Of a DNA stretch of 64,000 nt, positions 48,290 through 61,334 are shown in pieces. Positions within the stretch are counted from its first letter, which is position 1, and every line of letters starts with the position of its first letter. The position numbers and the translations under genes are program-made. This DNA is from Callorhinchus milii (Eukaryota): assembly GCF_018977255.1 (NCBI RefSeq), contig NW_024704743.1:46130001-46194000 (forward strand). Direction: 5' to 3'. A model generated the notes under the pieces. It was given only the letters and a program-made list of their open reading frames with translations. It ran no database searches and was not told the origin of the DNA.

Positions 48290-49513
48290 GCCGCTCCCTA
48301 CTCGAACCCCTCCAATCAGGTTTCCATGCCGCCCACAGTACAGAAACCGCCCTGGTCAAGTGACAAATGACATCCTGTCCATCTGCAATCAGGGTTCCCT
48401 CTGCCTCCTTGTCCTCCTTGACCCCTCTGCTGCTTTCAACACCGTTGACCACTCTGTCCTCATCCACTGCTCTCCTCTCACCTCAACCTCCATCACAGTG
48501 TCCTTGAATGGTTCAGATTGTACCTCTCACACCGCCTGCACTTCATCTCTTCAAACTGTTCCTCCTCTAGCCCACGCACCATTTCATGTGGTGTTCCTCA
48601 GGGCTCTGTCCTTGGTCCCCTGTTCAATATCTACATGCTCCCTCTTGGTGACACGATCCGCAGGCATGGGGGTCAACTTCCACATGTATGTCGATGACAC
48701 CCAACTCTACCTCTCTGCCTCCACCCTTGACTCCAGGACCACTGCTGTGCTGACAGAATGTCTGTCAGACATCAAGTCCTGGATGAGAGTTAACTTTCTT
48801 CAGTTGAATGTCAACAAGACCGAGGCTCTCCTGATTGGCTCCCGTCAGCGCCTTCTCACCTCAGGCGCTGACAGCATCACCATCCATGGTTGCACACCCC
48901 ACCTTACTAAGCCAGTCCGGAATCTTGGAGTTTGACCCTCAACTATCCTTTCTACCCCACATCTGTGCCATGACCCGCTCTGCCTTCCCCCACCTTCGCA
49001 ATGTCGCTCGGCTCTGCCACTTGTCGGCCTCCCCAACTCCACAGGCTGCAGATCATCCAGAACTCTGCAGCTTGTGTCCTCTCCCGCACTCGGCTCTGCG
49101 ACCCTATCACTCCATCTTTGCCCAACTCCACTGGCTTCCCATCATACAGAGGATACAGTTCAAGATCCTGGTCCTCACCTTCAAAGCCCTGCATGGTCTT
49201 GCTCCCCCACTACCTCTGCAACCTCTTAACTCCCTACCATCCTGCTCGCTCCTTCCGCTCAGTGGGCTGTGGCCTGCTTCACGTCCCCTGCTTCGCTCGC
49301 TCCACTATTGGCGGGCGGGCCTTCTGCCACTCTGCCCCCACCCTCTGCAACTCGATCCCTCAGTCCCTCCGTCTTGCCCCCTCTCTTGCCACCTTCAAGA
49401 CCCATCTCAAGACTCTCCTCTTCGATCGTGCTTTCGATCTCCCTGCTTTCCCCCTGCCCTCCACCCTCGCCAACATGAAAGGCGCTTTACAAATGTAATT
49501 TTGTTTTTGTTGT
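48290..49513 (+). mobile_element. 5'-truncated L2 (RT to 3' end), frameshifted
   Basis: QSGF.A.HSTETAL, FHMYVDDTQLY, LQLNVNKTE, LHWLPIIQRIQFK and tail. Confidence 0.92.
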
Positions 49514-50072
49514 AATGTGATGTAGGTATTTGTTGGGTCATTATAATCACTTAGCTAGCCAAACAAAACAAAGCTCGCTCGTATTCACCTGGCATTTTCT
49601 GTTGTATCTTTTCTGACAGTCTGTGTTTGTTTTGCTTTTGACTGAGTGGAGTTAAGACGTTGGTATCTCAATCCTACACTCCGTTGGTCATCTGTACCAT
49701 TAATTCTTTCTGTTATGTCTGAAATTCCTATTATTTTGCAATCCTCGAGTTAGCTGGTGAAGCAAAGCAAAGTTTCTCGGTCAGAGCAGAGAAACACGGC
49801 CTTTTGGCTTCTGTTTGTCTATTTGAATAGCAATCCATTGCGCTGCCCAAACTTCCTTGTTGAACATTGACTGTTTCCATAGATTCCCAGGATACACTAA
49901 TATAAAGAGTTTGTTTCTTTACTTAGCAATCCTTGTGCTCTATCTGTAATCTGTCTCTGGCTCTAATCACATTTTATCCCTGGTTTGGTGTCAGTTTAAT
50001 CTTTTTCACAGCGTGAAGTGACAAGATCAGAATGAGCAGAGGAGCTGATTTCTTCATGATGTTACACTTTGT

Positions 50073-50395
50073 GTGGAGTCCTGTAGCTCAGTGGTTAGAG
50101 CACTCGCTTTGCAAGTGAGAGACCTGAGTTCAATTCCAGGCAGAGGGCGAAACCTTGGGCAAGTTTCCTTACTCCACACAGAGCCTAATAATAATCCCTC
50201 CAAAACAAAACAATAATAAATTGGTCATTTTCAATCTACGACTGTTTGTGGGACATTGCTGTGCGCAATTGGCTGCCGCGTTCGCCCACAAATATACAGT
50301 CAATTCACTTTACAGTGTGTTCTGTGAAGCGCTTTGGGACGTCCTCCCGACGTGAAAAGCGCTATATCAAATGCAAGGATTATTATTATTATTAT
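50073..50395 (+). mobile_element. SINE family 1 short (young) form, reference-like copy
   Basis: tagctcagtggttagagc A-box, gagttcaattcc B-box, L2-type stem-loop and (ATT)n tail; 'tttgtgt' at both ends. Confidence 0.92.
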
Positions 50396-52529
50396 TTGTG
50401 TTTCAGCAGTTACTGTACTTTGATCCTATACTTTGATCCTATTGATTCTCCCCCAGAGAGTGAACATTTTAAAAGTTAAGTTTTTTATGAAACTAGAAGA
50501 AAATTAGTGGAAAGTGAATGCTATTTTTCTTTCTGCTCTCCTGAAGGCATTTGACTCATTTTTCATTCCCGTAGTTCCACGGGCACCAGTCAACCTTTAT
50601 ACCTCACTCGCTCAAGCAACATTATTCATGTAGGAATTTTGATTGTGTATATGTATGTGTGTGTGTGTTTAATCAGCTCTCTGATACCGTTTGGCTCCAA
50701 AACTCACTCCTCTAAACCAGTTCTCAGCGTTCCCACCCTCTGCATGTGATTAGCGCTAAGTGATTTTAAAAAAAAAGTGGTTTGAAAAAAAATCAACAGC
50801 AGGCAAAAATAAACAAAATCAAAATGGGAACTGTTCTTGAAGGTGCATTGATGAAAACATTCATTTGGATTATGCACACATCAGCAGTCTCTTGGACTAG
50901 TCTGGTTGTTGCATGTTTCAAGCAGAGTGCAATACTTGCACTGTGTATTGTATTTTGCATTAACCCTTTCAGTACCAAAGATGCACTGTGATTTTCATGG
51001 GGAGCATTGTTTCATGGGTTTCTCAACGGAATAACTTCAGCAAATATGTTTTGAAAATGAAATGGAACATTGGAGATGTGTGCCAAACACCAATCTCTAT
51101 GCTTCTAGCTATAAATTTCCAAATAGCTGGTGTTATATGGTTTACAGGTTGCAGGAAATTTTATCTCTAAAAGACAAAAGCACCACTTCAAGTGAGTCTG
51201 TCCTGCCAAAGTCATTTTGCTTTCAGTGCTTCTGGTGGAACTATAAATGATGTGTAATGTACTCTATTCTCTGAGTGATATAAAAAACCTGTAATCTTGT
51301 ATTTTTATTTAGCTGCAGAAATGTAAATGCAGTCTCCAGAGGATGTACCTCACAATTCATTATTGTCTGTTAGTTCTCTTCTTTTAGTATGTACAGCTTG
51401 GCTTCCCAATACAATTTTTAGACAATCTCTTTCAATTTGTTAAACTCGTTATACCCAATTAAATGTTTTTATACTTTAATACTCCCACTCCACCACAATG
51501 ATTCTGCTATCTATATTCATTATAAGATAACATTAGCAACGAACATGCTTATACTGTTATGCTGAAAATATGTTTGTGCAGAATTAGCCTTATAGTGCTC
51601 CATTATTTGAATTCAAATAATACCTACACTTGATATAGTCTTTGCACGTTAAAATGCCCCACAGCTCTTCACAGAATGATTAAAGTTAAAATGTACTGAC
51701 TGATTTTGGCAAGCATGACAGCTAATCTGCACCAGCAACTTTCCACTAACAACAATGATATCTACAACAGCAACATCCCACTAACACAAATTAATCTGTT
51801 TTTCGCCTAGAGACAAATATTAGTGAAATTCCTTGTTCTTTGTTGAAGCACATTTTTTAAACGATATTATCAAAGTAAAAACAAATAGAATTAGCTACGT
51901 TACTGAGTGTTTGTGTTAGTTTATTCAACTGAAAAGTTCATTGCGATGGACTGGAGACTGGAAGCAGTGGATGAATTATTTCACAACAGAATGTCCACAG
52001 CTAATATAGATTCTAAGTCTGATGATTATGGAAACCTCTTGCCAAGTTTTAAATCAGCGACTAGGAACTCATAGCTGCATAGATTCTTCTGGAGTGTGCA
52101 TTCTCTGCTGCAGAGGGTACACCCCACTTTGGCTGTGCCCAGAGGACATAAGTGAGGGCTGAACATAATCAGTGCTCCTGCCAACTCACATTGAAAATGT
52201 CTGATAATATAGTATTGACAAATAGTAGTATAGGAGTAAAAATTGTGGCATATGAGGTTGCTAATGAAACACATTTTAAAAATGCGACCAGTCGATGTAA
52301 TTATTTTATTAATTATCGACTGGTCCTCAAGTGTGCTGTAGGTGACCTGTTCTTCCCCCTCCCTCCCCCAGGACACCATTTCCTATGGTTGAGTCCTGAA
52401 GCCAGACACACTGCACAATGGAATGCCAGGTCGCAAGACACCAGCTTAAGTAAAGACGAAAGTCAAAATTAAGCTGCTGTCCTATGTACTTGTACCGATG
52501 TAGTCCAATTGTGGTCAGCTTCTGCATGT

Positions 52530-53217
52530 AAACATCTCCGGAACATCGCCAGACTACGGCACTACCTCACCCCTCACGCTGCTGAAACTCTGGTCCACGC
52601 CTTTATCACCTCAAGGCTGGACTATGGGAACTCTCTCCTCGCCGGCCTTCCCGGCACCTCCCTCCACACTGCAGGTCATTCAGAACTCTGCAGCTCATGT
52701 ACTGTCCCGCACCAGACACCGCGACCACATCACTCCCACCCTCGCTCGCCTCCACTGGCTCCCCATCCCCAGAGGATCGAATTCAAGATCCTCACCCTCA
52801 CCTACAAGGCCATTCACGGCCTCGCTCCCTCCTACCTCTCCGACCTACTATCCCCCTACCTACCTGCCCGTACCCTCCGTTCCTCTGGCTCCAGTCTGCT
52901 CCACATCCCCCGCCCCAACCGCCCTACCATCGGTAGCCGGGCCTTCAGCCTCTCAGCCCCGAGGCTCTGGAACTCCATCCCCCAGTGCCTTCGCCGCCTC
53001 CTCCCTTTCCTCCTTCAAGGCCGGTCTCAAGACCTTTCTCTTTGACTGTGCCTTCAGCTCCCCTCTCGACTCTCTCCCCCCTCCTCGCTCCCTCCCTTCC
53101 CTCCCCTCACCCTGACCATTTCCCCACTGCTCGGGTCCTGACCTAACTGTACAGCGCCTTGGGACGTCCTCCTGACGTGAAAGGCGCTCAATAAATGGAA
53201 TCTTGTTGTTGTTGTTG
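52530..53217 (+). mobile_element. Young L2 3' fragment
   Basis: [36 protein letters not shown], stem-loop and (GTT)n tail. Confidence 0.92.
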
Positions 53218-54702
53218 TGAATGGTGTTGAAGTGGCCTCCAGCACATACAGGAAACCAATTGATAATTTAGCACATCACCACCTGTGTTAATTAATACCT
53301 TCACGCATTGCAATTTTCATCACGATAAAATAAGAAATCATCTGTGCATATAGTACTGGTTAAATCTAAATCCTAAACTGATAAAATAGGCAGCCAGGGT
53401 TGGCTGTATTGCTCTGGAATGTTTTTCTTCATCTCACTCTTGTTTCAGTGTGGATTTATTGTTGAAGGCCACCGAGATTGAGACTTGTTTTTAAATGAGA
53501 CCTGAAGTTACTTTTGCAAGGTCTCCTGGGTCTATGGACTCAAACTCTTTATCAGTTTTCTCATTTTCAGATGTCAATTCTTCATCCACCTGCTGATTGT
53601 GTGGTTTGCTTGTCATGGGTTCAGGACAGTATTTCATGGATGAAGTGCTTCTGCATTTTCATGATAGAAGTTTTAACCCAAATGTATCTCAATTTTTTGT
53701 GTATTGAGCAGTTCCTGGTTTTCCCCTCTTTTTCTCTGAATCAAAAGCTGGTGCTGGTGCACCAGATAGATGTCAGGACAACACACAAGTTCTGCCTTTC
53801 CTGAATGCAGAAAGTCAGTAAAACAAAGCAGGTTCTCTTGTACTGAATGCTAATGAGAAAGGCTTGCAGGTTAGGGTCACAATTGACGATGTTTTCATCT
53901 CAAGTCCAGTTGTTTGGCTAAACCAGACAAGGGCACATCTGCTTCCTTTGCAGAACACCAGAAACCTTGTGAATGTTTGTTTTCCTGCAACACGGTGACT
54001 GATTTTTCCTTCTGTAATTTGAGGGGATGTAAGCCAGCAATGTGTGAGTACCCTGATAGCGACATAAGAGGGCAGAGGTTCAGGGTTACAATTTCAGAAC
54101 AGACACAAAGAAATGCTTCTTTATGGAGGGGAATTTAGTGGAACACATTGAGTTTTGACATGAAAGAAGGATGTGATCAAATGGGTTGAAAGGACTCTTT
54201 CCTTGGTCCATACCTCTCTTGTAATTTTGTGAAATATAATTTGGCTTGTACCTGTTATATACTCTTTTGTCATTCTTGTGCTTTTCATTTGACAAATTAT
54301 TTTTGATCATTCAGACAAGGGACGTTACTGCTGGAGGAACAGAACATTTTGCTACTGTTTCTAGTAAAAGTTAGAAATTTCTCTAAGCAATACATACAAT
54401 AAACCCCCTTGTAAGAAACACTGTTATGGGAGATGGGTTCACTTTATGTATTTTATGCTCGGGAGGTTTTCTTAGTCCAAGAACATCAAGTCACCAAATT
54501 AGCGCAAAACAAAATATGAATCAAACTTTCCAACGAAATTAATGTGGAATAAAGCCATGTTGTTAGAAAACATTTTGTCATCATAGTGATAATTCGTTGA
54601 ATTATGTGAATACATAATTAAAATAATTTTTCTTTTAAGAATGATGTTTCTTTCTCTATTTTACATTCTATTCTGTTCTCCACCTAACATGCCATCTATA
54701 TA

Positions 54703-55097
54703 GTGTCCTGTAGCTCAGTGGTTAGAGTACTCGCCTCACAAGCGAGAGGACCTGGGTTCAATTCCTGGCAGGGTGAAATGCTGGACATGTTTCCTTACTC
54801 CACATGCCCCTGTTTACCTAGCAGTAAGTAGGAACCCGGTTGTTCGTCAATTGGTGGTTCGCTTTTCTGGGGGTAATAATCCCTTCAAAAAATAAATAGA
54901 TAAACAAGTAATAATACTAATAATTTGGTCATTTAATTCACAACTGTTTGTGGGACACTGCTGTGAGCAATTGGCTGCTGTGTTTCGCCCACAAAATATA
55001 CAGTCAATTCACTTTACAGTATATTCTGTGAAGCACTTTGAGACATCTGGAATACGTGATAAGGCATTACATCAAATGCAAGGATTATTATTATTAC
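54703..55097 (+). mobile_element. SINE family 1 long form
   Basis: Complete head, CORE-like block, Deu-like 3' part and tail. Confidence 0.88.
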
Positions 55098-55567
55098 ATA
55101 GAACAGCCTGGTTGATACCATTTCCATTCTAACACCTGACCTCTGTGACTTTAACCATTGGAAATTTTTGTTGCCTTCCTGCATTGGTGTTTCAAGACTC
55201 TTGAGTTCAATCTGAAATATTGCCCAGTGTGATTCCTTGATAAGAAATCAGAGTGATGCAAATGGAATTCATCCCAGTAATTTTAAGTACATCACAACAA
55301 CAATTTATAAAGTCCTTCACGCAGTATAGCGTATCGGAGCGTTGAACAATGGCAGAGTTTGATCCTGAATTCAACTCCATCACAGTCCACTTATGGAGTT
55401 CAGTGCTTACCTGTTTCTACTTTTCATTGCCTTGAAATCCACTTGCGCCTTGGGACGTCCTTCCGACGTGAAAGGCGCTATATAAATGTAATCTTATTGT
55501 TGCTGTTGTTTACCTTAATTTTAAGGTTTTGGTGCTACTGGTAAGAGGTCTCGGTACATAGCTCATG

Positions 55568-55876
55568 AAATAATAATCCTTGCATTTAATATAGCGCTCT
55601 TCATGTCATCTCGACATCTCAAAACGTTTCACAGAATATGCTGTGAAGTGAATTGACTATAATTGTGGGTGAAACGCGGCAGCCAATTGCGAACAGCAGT
55701 GTCCTACAAACAGTCGTGGATTGAAAATGACCAATGTATTATTGTTTTATTTTGGAGGGATTATTATTAGGCGTGTGGAGTAAGGAAACTTGCCCAGGTT
55801 TCGCCCTGCCTGGAATTGAACCCAGGTGTCTGGCTTGCAAGGCGAGTGCTCTAACCACTGAGCTACAGGACTCCAC
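55568..55876 (-). mobile_element. SINE family 1 short form
   Basis: Reverse complement of the 50073 type. Confidence 0.9.
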
Positions 55877-56481
55877 AATAGTCGTGTCCTGTTATAGAAG
55901 TATTTTAAAATGCATTTTCAGTTTTTTTAAATTAAAAGGTATCACAGAATGATAAAATGTAGGATTGTTCAAGCAATTCTCCCGAGGTTTACATTTGGAT
56001 CTTTAGGGTCAGCCACTGAGTGGAGCCCAGGGAAAGGTGCTCTTATCCTCCATCTAGTGGCTAGTCAAAGAAGGTCATTGCAAATGCCTGAGAGGTCACT
56101 TGCCCATCCTATCAATCAGCGGTTGTATGTACACAGTATGTATGTACTGTATGTGTGCACAGTGTATTGTATGTACACAGTATGTTGCAGGGGAAGGGAG
56201 GACTAGAATGTAAAAAAGAGAAAGAAAAATAATTCTCAAAGAAAAATGAATTATACATTTATATTTATATGTATAAATATATATTCAAATATATTCAACA
56301 ATTATTAGTTGCACACTTAGTGCACAGACACTTATTGTACCGATTTTGCACACAAAATGTCCGAAAAACAGGCATGAAGCTAATGACCATATATATCAAA
56401 TATTAAATATATTCAACGATCTACCACCTTCATCACAAAAGGTTTTCTGACAATGTGACTTTATTCAATTTTTGGTTTCAG

Positions 56482-56587
56482 TGCCTCCTAAATACAGTAA
56501 TACTCTGAAGTCCAGTACAGGGAGAGAGGTATTAAAAAGGGAGCACTTGTCTCTAGGACAGGCAACAGAATCAATTTACTGCACAAG
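56482..56587 (+). CDS. Candidate 106-nt exon
   Basis: tttttggtttcag acceptor and AAG/gtaatt donor; single open frame PPKYSNTLKSSTGREVLKREHLSLGQATESIYCT; strong acceptor 120 nt downstream (AG at 56706-56707). Confidence 0.25.
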
Positions 56588-57617
56588 GTAATTGATATCT
56601 GTCCAGGATTGATCCTAATGGCAACTATATGGTTTACATTTTTCATTATTACTTCTCTGCTTTGGTCTTATTGCCCTTTAATTTTTTTTCTTTATTTCTT
56701 GTTCTAGGTACCCCTTTTTACTACATTTTATGTCTTTTTAACCATATTTTGGTTAAACCATGTTACAGGCCTGACATTTCTCATGGTTTTAGCCTGAAGA
56801 CTTCAGTCTTAATATGTAAAATTGGCAAAAATTCTGAAAATGTGGGTATCGAGATTAATATTGGACAGATATCAATTACCTGTATCAATCCTCAATCGTG
56901 AGGAATGAGCGGGCAGGTTTCATGCACTAGCAAAGGCCAACCTTTAGGATTTGCCAACAAAAACACTGTCTTAATTAGTTGAATATTTCTTGCAAGAAAA
57001 GATTCAATCAAGTAGATTGAATGACGCTTAATGCTTTGAGACGATGGGATAAGTTGCTCCATCAGATAATCCCCTGAAAAACATTTAATAATAATTTGGT
57101 CACTCAATCCAAGACTGTTTGTGGGACACTGCTGTATGCAATTGTCTGCCGAGTTTCACGCACAAAATATACAATTAATTCACTTTGCTTATTCCGTGAA
57201 GCGCTTTGAGACATCTCAATGACATGATAAGATGCTATATCAAATGCAAGGATTATTATTATTATCTTGTGCAGTGAATTGATTCTGTTACCTTAATTTG
57301 GAAGACTCCTTTCTGCAGGTCTTGAAAAGAACTTAAAAACTATTTTCCAAAATTCTGGACGACTTTAATCTGAAAATTAAAACCATGAGAATTTTCACGT
57401 CTCAGGTTTTTCCACTCCTTTAAATTATTTACAATTGTAATAATTATTGATTTAATATATTGCCTACATCGTCGAATGCCTCAAAGTACTTTACAACGTT
57501 TTGGTGCATTTGTAGGTGAGCACAGCAGCTAATTTTGTACACAAAATCTCCCACAATTTTATCTGGGGGTTGTTGATTAGGACATTTGGAGAAATTCACT
57601 CTCTTTTCAAATTTCAA

Positions 57618-57985
57618 ATAATAATAATAATAATCCTTGCATTTGATAAAGCACCTTACCTCATCTTCGAGACTTCTCAAAAAGCTTGACAGAATGTACT
57701 GTAAAGTGAATTGACTGTATATTTTGTGGGCAAAATGTGGCAGCTAATTGTGCCCAGCAGTGTCCCACAAACAGTTGTGGATTGAGTGACCAAATTATTA
57801 TTTATTTATTTTGAAGGGATTATTACCCCCAGAAAGTGATCTTCCAATCGACTAACAATTGGCTTCCTACTTACTCCTATGTAAACAGAGGCTTGAGGAG
57901 GAAGGAAAATTGCCAAACATTTCGGCCCATCCGAGAATCGAACCCGGGTCCTTTCGCCTGTGAGGCAGGTGTTCTAAGCAATACT
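57618..57985 (-). mobile_element. SINE family 1 long form
   Basis: Tail, body and 'gaatcgaaccc' B-box complement. Confidence 0.85.
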
Positions 57986-58708
57986 GCTCTAACCAGTAAC
58001 CTGTTGGTTAGAGCACTCGCCTGTTACAGATCAAATAGTGCCTTGGGATCATTAACGTCCAACCAAACATGCAGATGAGCACTTACAATACAATATAAAA
58101 TTACCTTTGTATAGCGCCTTTCACGTTGGGAGGACGTCCCAAGGCGCTGGGTTGGTTTAACTCATCTAAAGGACAACACCTCCGACAATGCAGTACTGCA
58201 CATATAATGTCAGCCTACATTGTAAGCTCACCAAAATTCTGGCGTAGGCATGAACCTTCAAACCAGAGAGGAGAATGCTACCAACTGAGCTAGGTTGAGC
58301 TACCTATAAGAGTGGTAACTTCAGAATTTCAGACTGTTTTAACTTTTTTTTGCTGACTTTCAATTTCCTACATTTCTCTCTAGCTCTTTTCTTTCTTTTG
58401 TTGTTTTCTTAGTTAAGTCTTTTTCTTACTTGCCTAAATTCTGTCCATCTATTTATCATGTGTAGTTGCCTTTCATTGCCTTGCACACCCTCACGTCTAT
58501 GTGTGTAAAGATAATAAGATCACAAGAGAGTTTTGGATGAAGGAATCCTTTTGGGCCCATTTCATCTCATAAATTCAGAATATTAAGTCTACTGGTTTCT
58601 TATTACAGAATCAAGCCGTTTTTTTTAACAAATACAGCATTCTGCCCTCAATCCCCCCCCTGGTAACCAATTCCAGCTGTTGCTAAGTCTCAATATAAAG
58701 AAATATTT

Positions 58709-59090
58709 TAATAATAATCCTTGCATTTGGTATAGCGCTTATCATGTCTTTGAGATATCTCGAAGGGCTTCACAGAATATACTGTGAAGTGAATTAACTG
58801 TATATTTTGTGGGCAAAATGTGGCAGCTGATTGCGCACAGCAGTGTCCCACAAACAGTCAGGGATTGAGGACCGAGTTATTATTTTATTACTTTAATTAC
58901 ATTTTTGAAGGGATTATTACCCTTAGAAAAGCGATCCTCCAATTGACCAACAACCAGGTTCCTACTTACTGCTAGGTAAACAGAGATATGTAAGGAAATC
59001 TGCCTACCATTTTGCCCTGCCTGGAAATTGAATCCAGGTCATCTCGCTTGCGAGGCAAGTGCTCTAACCAATACGCTATAGGAACTCCAC
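58709..59090 (-). mobile_element. SINE family 1 long form
   Basis: Full tail-to-head match; anticodon arm reads CGC on the element strand. Confidence 0.85.
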
Positions 59091-60162
59091 GCGACAGGAC
59101 TCCACGAGTCCTGGTGTCCACCCTAAATGTGTTCTTCACACCCATGATATTGGAGCCTGCACTTTAGAATTATCTTGAATAACCCATACAAAAACTTTGA
59201 GAACTGATTTGTATGTGTACAGTATCATCTTCAAATGCAGCCGTTTGGGAAATCACTTTAAAAATATAAAGAGGCTGTTCTGCAACTCTAATCTCAAATC
59301 TTGCAGAACACAGACCATACTAACTGGAAGAGATGGATTTTCCTGTTTATTTATGATAGATTAGAACTAACATAGAGATCCAAAAGAGCTTTGTCTACAT
59401 CCTATTAGCTACCTACACAGTCACAACAATTGACAGAAATTGCCTATGAAGACTTCAAAATTACTTATGAAAAGCTTTGAGATGTTTTGATATTATATGC
59501 ATGATGTACAATAAAATACAAATTTACATTTATGTAGTGCCTTTTACATCGAGTGAATGTCCCAAGGTGCTTAACAATAATGGTTTGGCACCCAAGCAGG
59601 GATGGGAGCCCTGTGGGGTGGGCGATCAAAGAATTAGGCTTTAAGACAAATCTTGAACAAGCTGAGGGAGGGAGTTGGATATCATAAATGGGATGGGGAT
59701 TCACAAAGTTGGGGTCCATAGGCGAATATGGCAGCAATGTTCCACAAACAGCCATGAAGTGAATGGCCAACTCCACCTGGGGTCAAAAACAAGCATTATT
59801 ATCTGATGGGTCATTGGCAATATCACACATGAAACAGTGTGATATTGAAGGTGAAGAATCAGAAAACATAGCACAGAAAGAGGCATTTTGGCCCATCAAG
59901 CTTGTTCTAGTATGAGCTCTTCCTATGGAGCTATCTCCTCTAGTCCCAATTTCCTGCTGGTTCCCTTTAGTTTAATAACAATTTGTTTTAACAAAACAAC
60001 CCAGAAATTGTTGAAAATTTGCTTTAACCTTGGACCTGAAATGCTGAAAGAAGGTGAATGGAATTCAGAATCCTATGTTTAGTTTTCTCCAATTATCTGG
60101 TGATTTTAGAAATATTTGAGTTGTTGGCATATCATCTCACTGAAACTGAAGAAGGATGTGAT

Positions 60163-60591
60163 ACTCAGCCAGGTTCAATTGGTAGCACTATTGCCTCTGA
60201 ATCAGAAGATTGTGGATTTAAGCCCCACAGTGGGACCTGAAACTCATATTGTCTAAGCTGACAATTCAATGCAGTGCTGGGAGTATGTTTCATTGTTGGA
60301 GGTGCTGTCCTTCAGATGCGATATTAAGCCAAAGTCCCTTCTTCCTGTTCATGTGGACATTAAAAATCTCACTGCATTGTTTGAAGAGAACAACATCCTG
60401 GCCAACAATTCCCTCTAAAAAATAGTCGTTCATTCCATAGCTGTTTGTAGGACATTGCTGTGTGCAAATTGGCTGCTGTGTTCACCCACAAATACACAGT
60501 CAATCCGCTTTACGGTCTATCGTCCGAAGCACTTTGAGATGTCTCAATGATGCAATATGGCGCTATATCAAATGCAAGGATTATTATTATT
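60163..60591 (+). mobile_element. SINE family 2 (Deu-domain), near full length
   Basis: Head 'tcaattggtagcactattgcctctgaatcagaag', Deu-like core and L2-type tail with (ATT)n. Confidence 0.8.
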
Positions 60592-61334
60592 TAGTAGTAA
60601 AAGACGCAGGAATGAAAGAGTTAAAGCTTTCACTAAACTATATCCTACGTGCAAATTGGCGTGCTTCATAATAGAATCAGTTCAAGTGGGAACAGTTCCA
60701 TTCTCAATCACGAGCTAAAGAGGCCTTTGTAAATAAATCCTCAGTCTCTAGAATGAAAGTACCAAACTGCAATTGACTAGAAAAAATGCGTGAGAGAGTT
60801 GACAATTTCCCTCTTGTTGGCTGTTGGCTATATTTAATAAAGGATTTCATAAATAGTTTAATTCTCAAGAATTCAGGATTTGCAAGTAAAATCAACTATT
60901 CCTTAGATGTATGGTCCAGAGGTTTGAACTCATTAAATAACAATGGTTTGCATTGATTTCACCAAGATAAACAAATCTGAAACTTTAACTTTGTGAAATC
61001 ATTCTTCATCCACGCTTTTATCACATCCAGACTTGTCAATGCCAATGCTCTGCTTGTCGGACTCCCTTGCTTTTCCCTTCACAAGCTATCCAGATATCTG
61101 CAGCCCGTTTCTGCTCCCAGGTCAGGCTCCACAAGCCTATCAGCCCCATCCTCGCTTGGCTCCATCAGTTCCCAATACCCAGCACATCAAGTTGAAGATC
61201 CTTATTGTCAGGTTTAAATCTCTCCATGGATTCACCCCACCCTACCTCTGTGACCTCCTCAAACCCCACTGACGCCTTCAACAACAACAACAACAACAAC
61301 AACAAGAATACATTTATATAGTATTGTATATTTG

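Noticed and set aside
50073..50145. tRNA-Ala(TGC)-like genes at SINE heads
   Set aside because: No acceptor-stem closure; each continues into a SINE body and tail, so these are SINE heads rather than tRNA genes.
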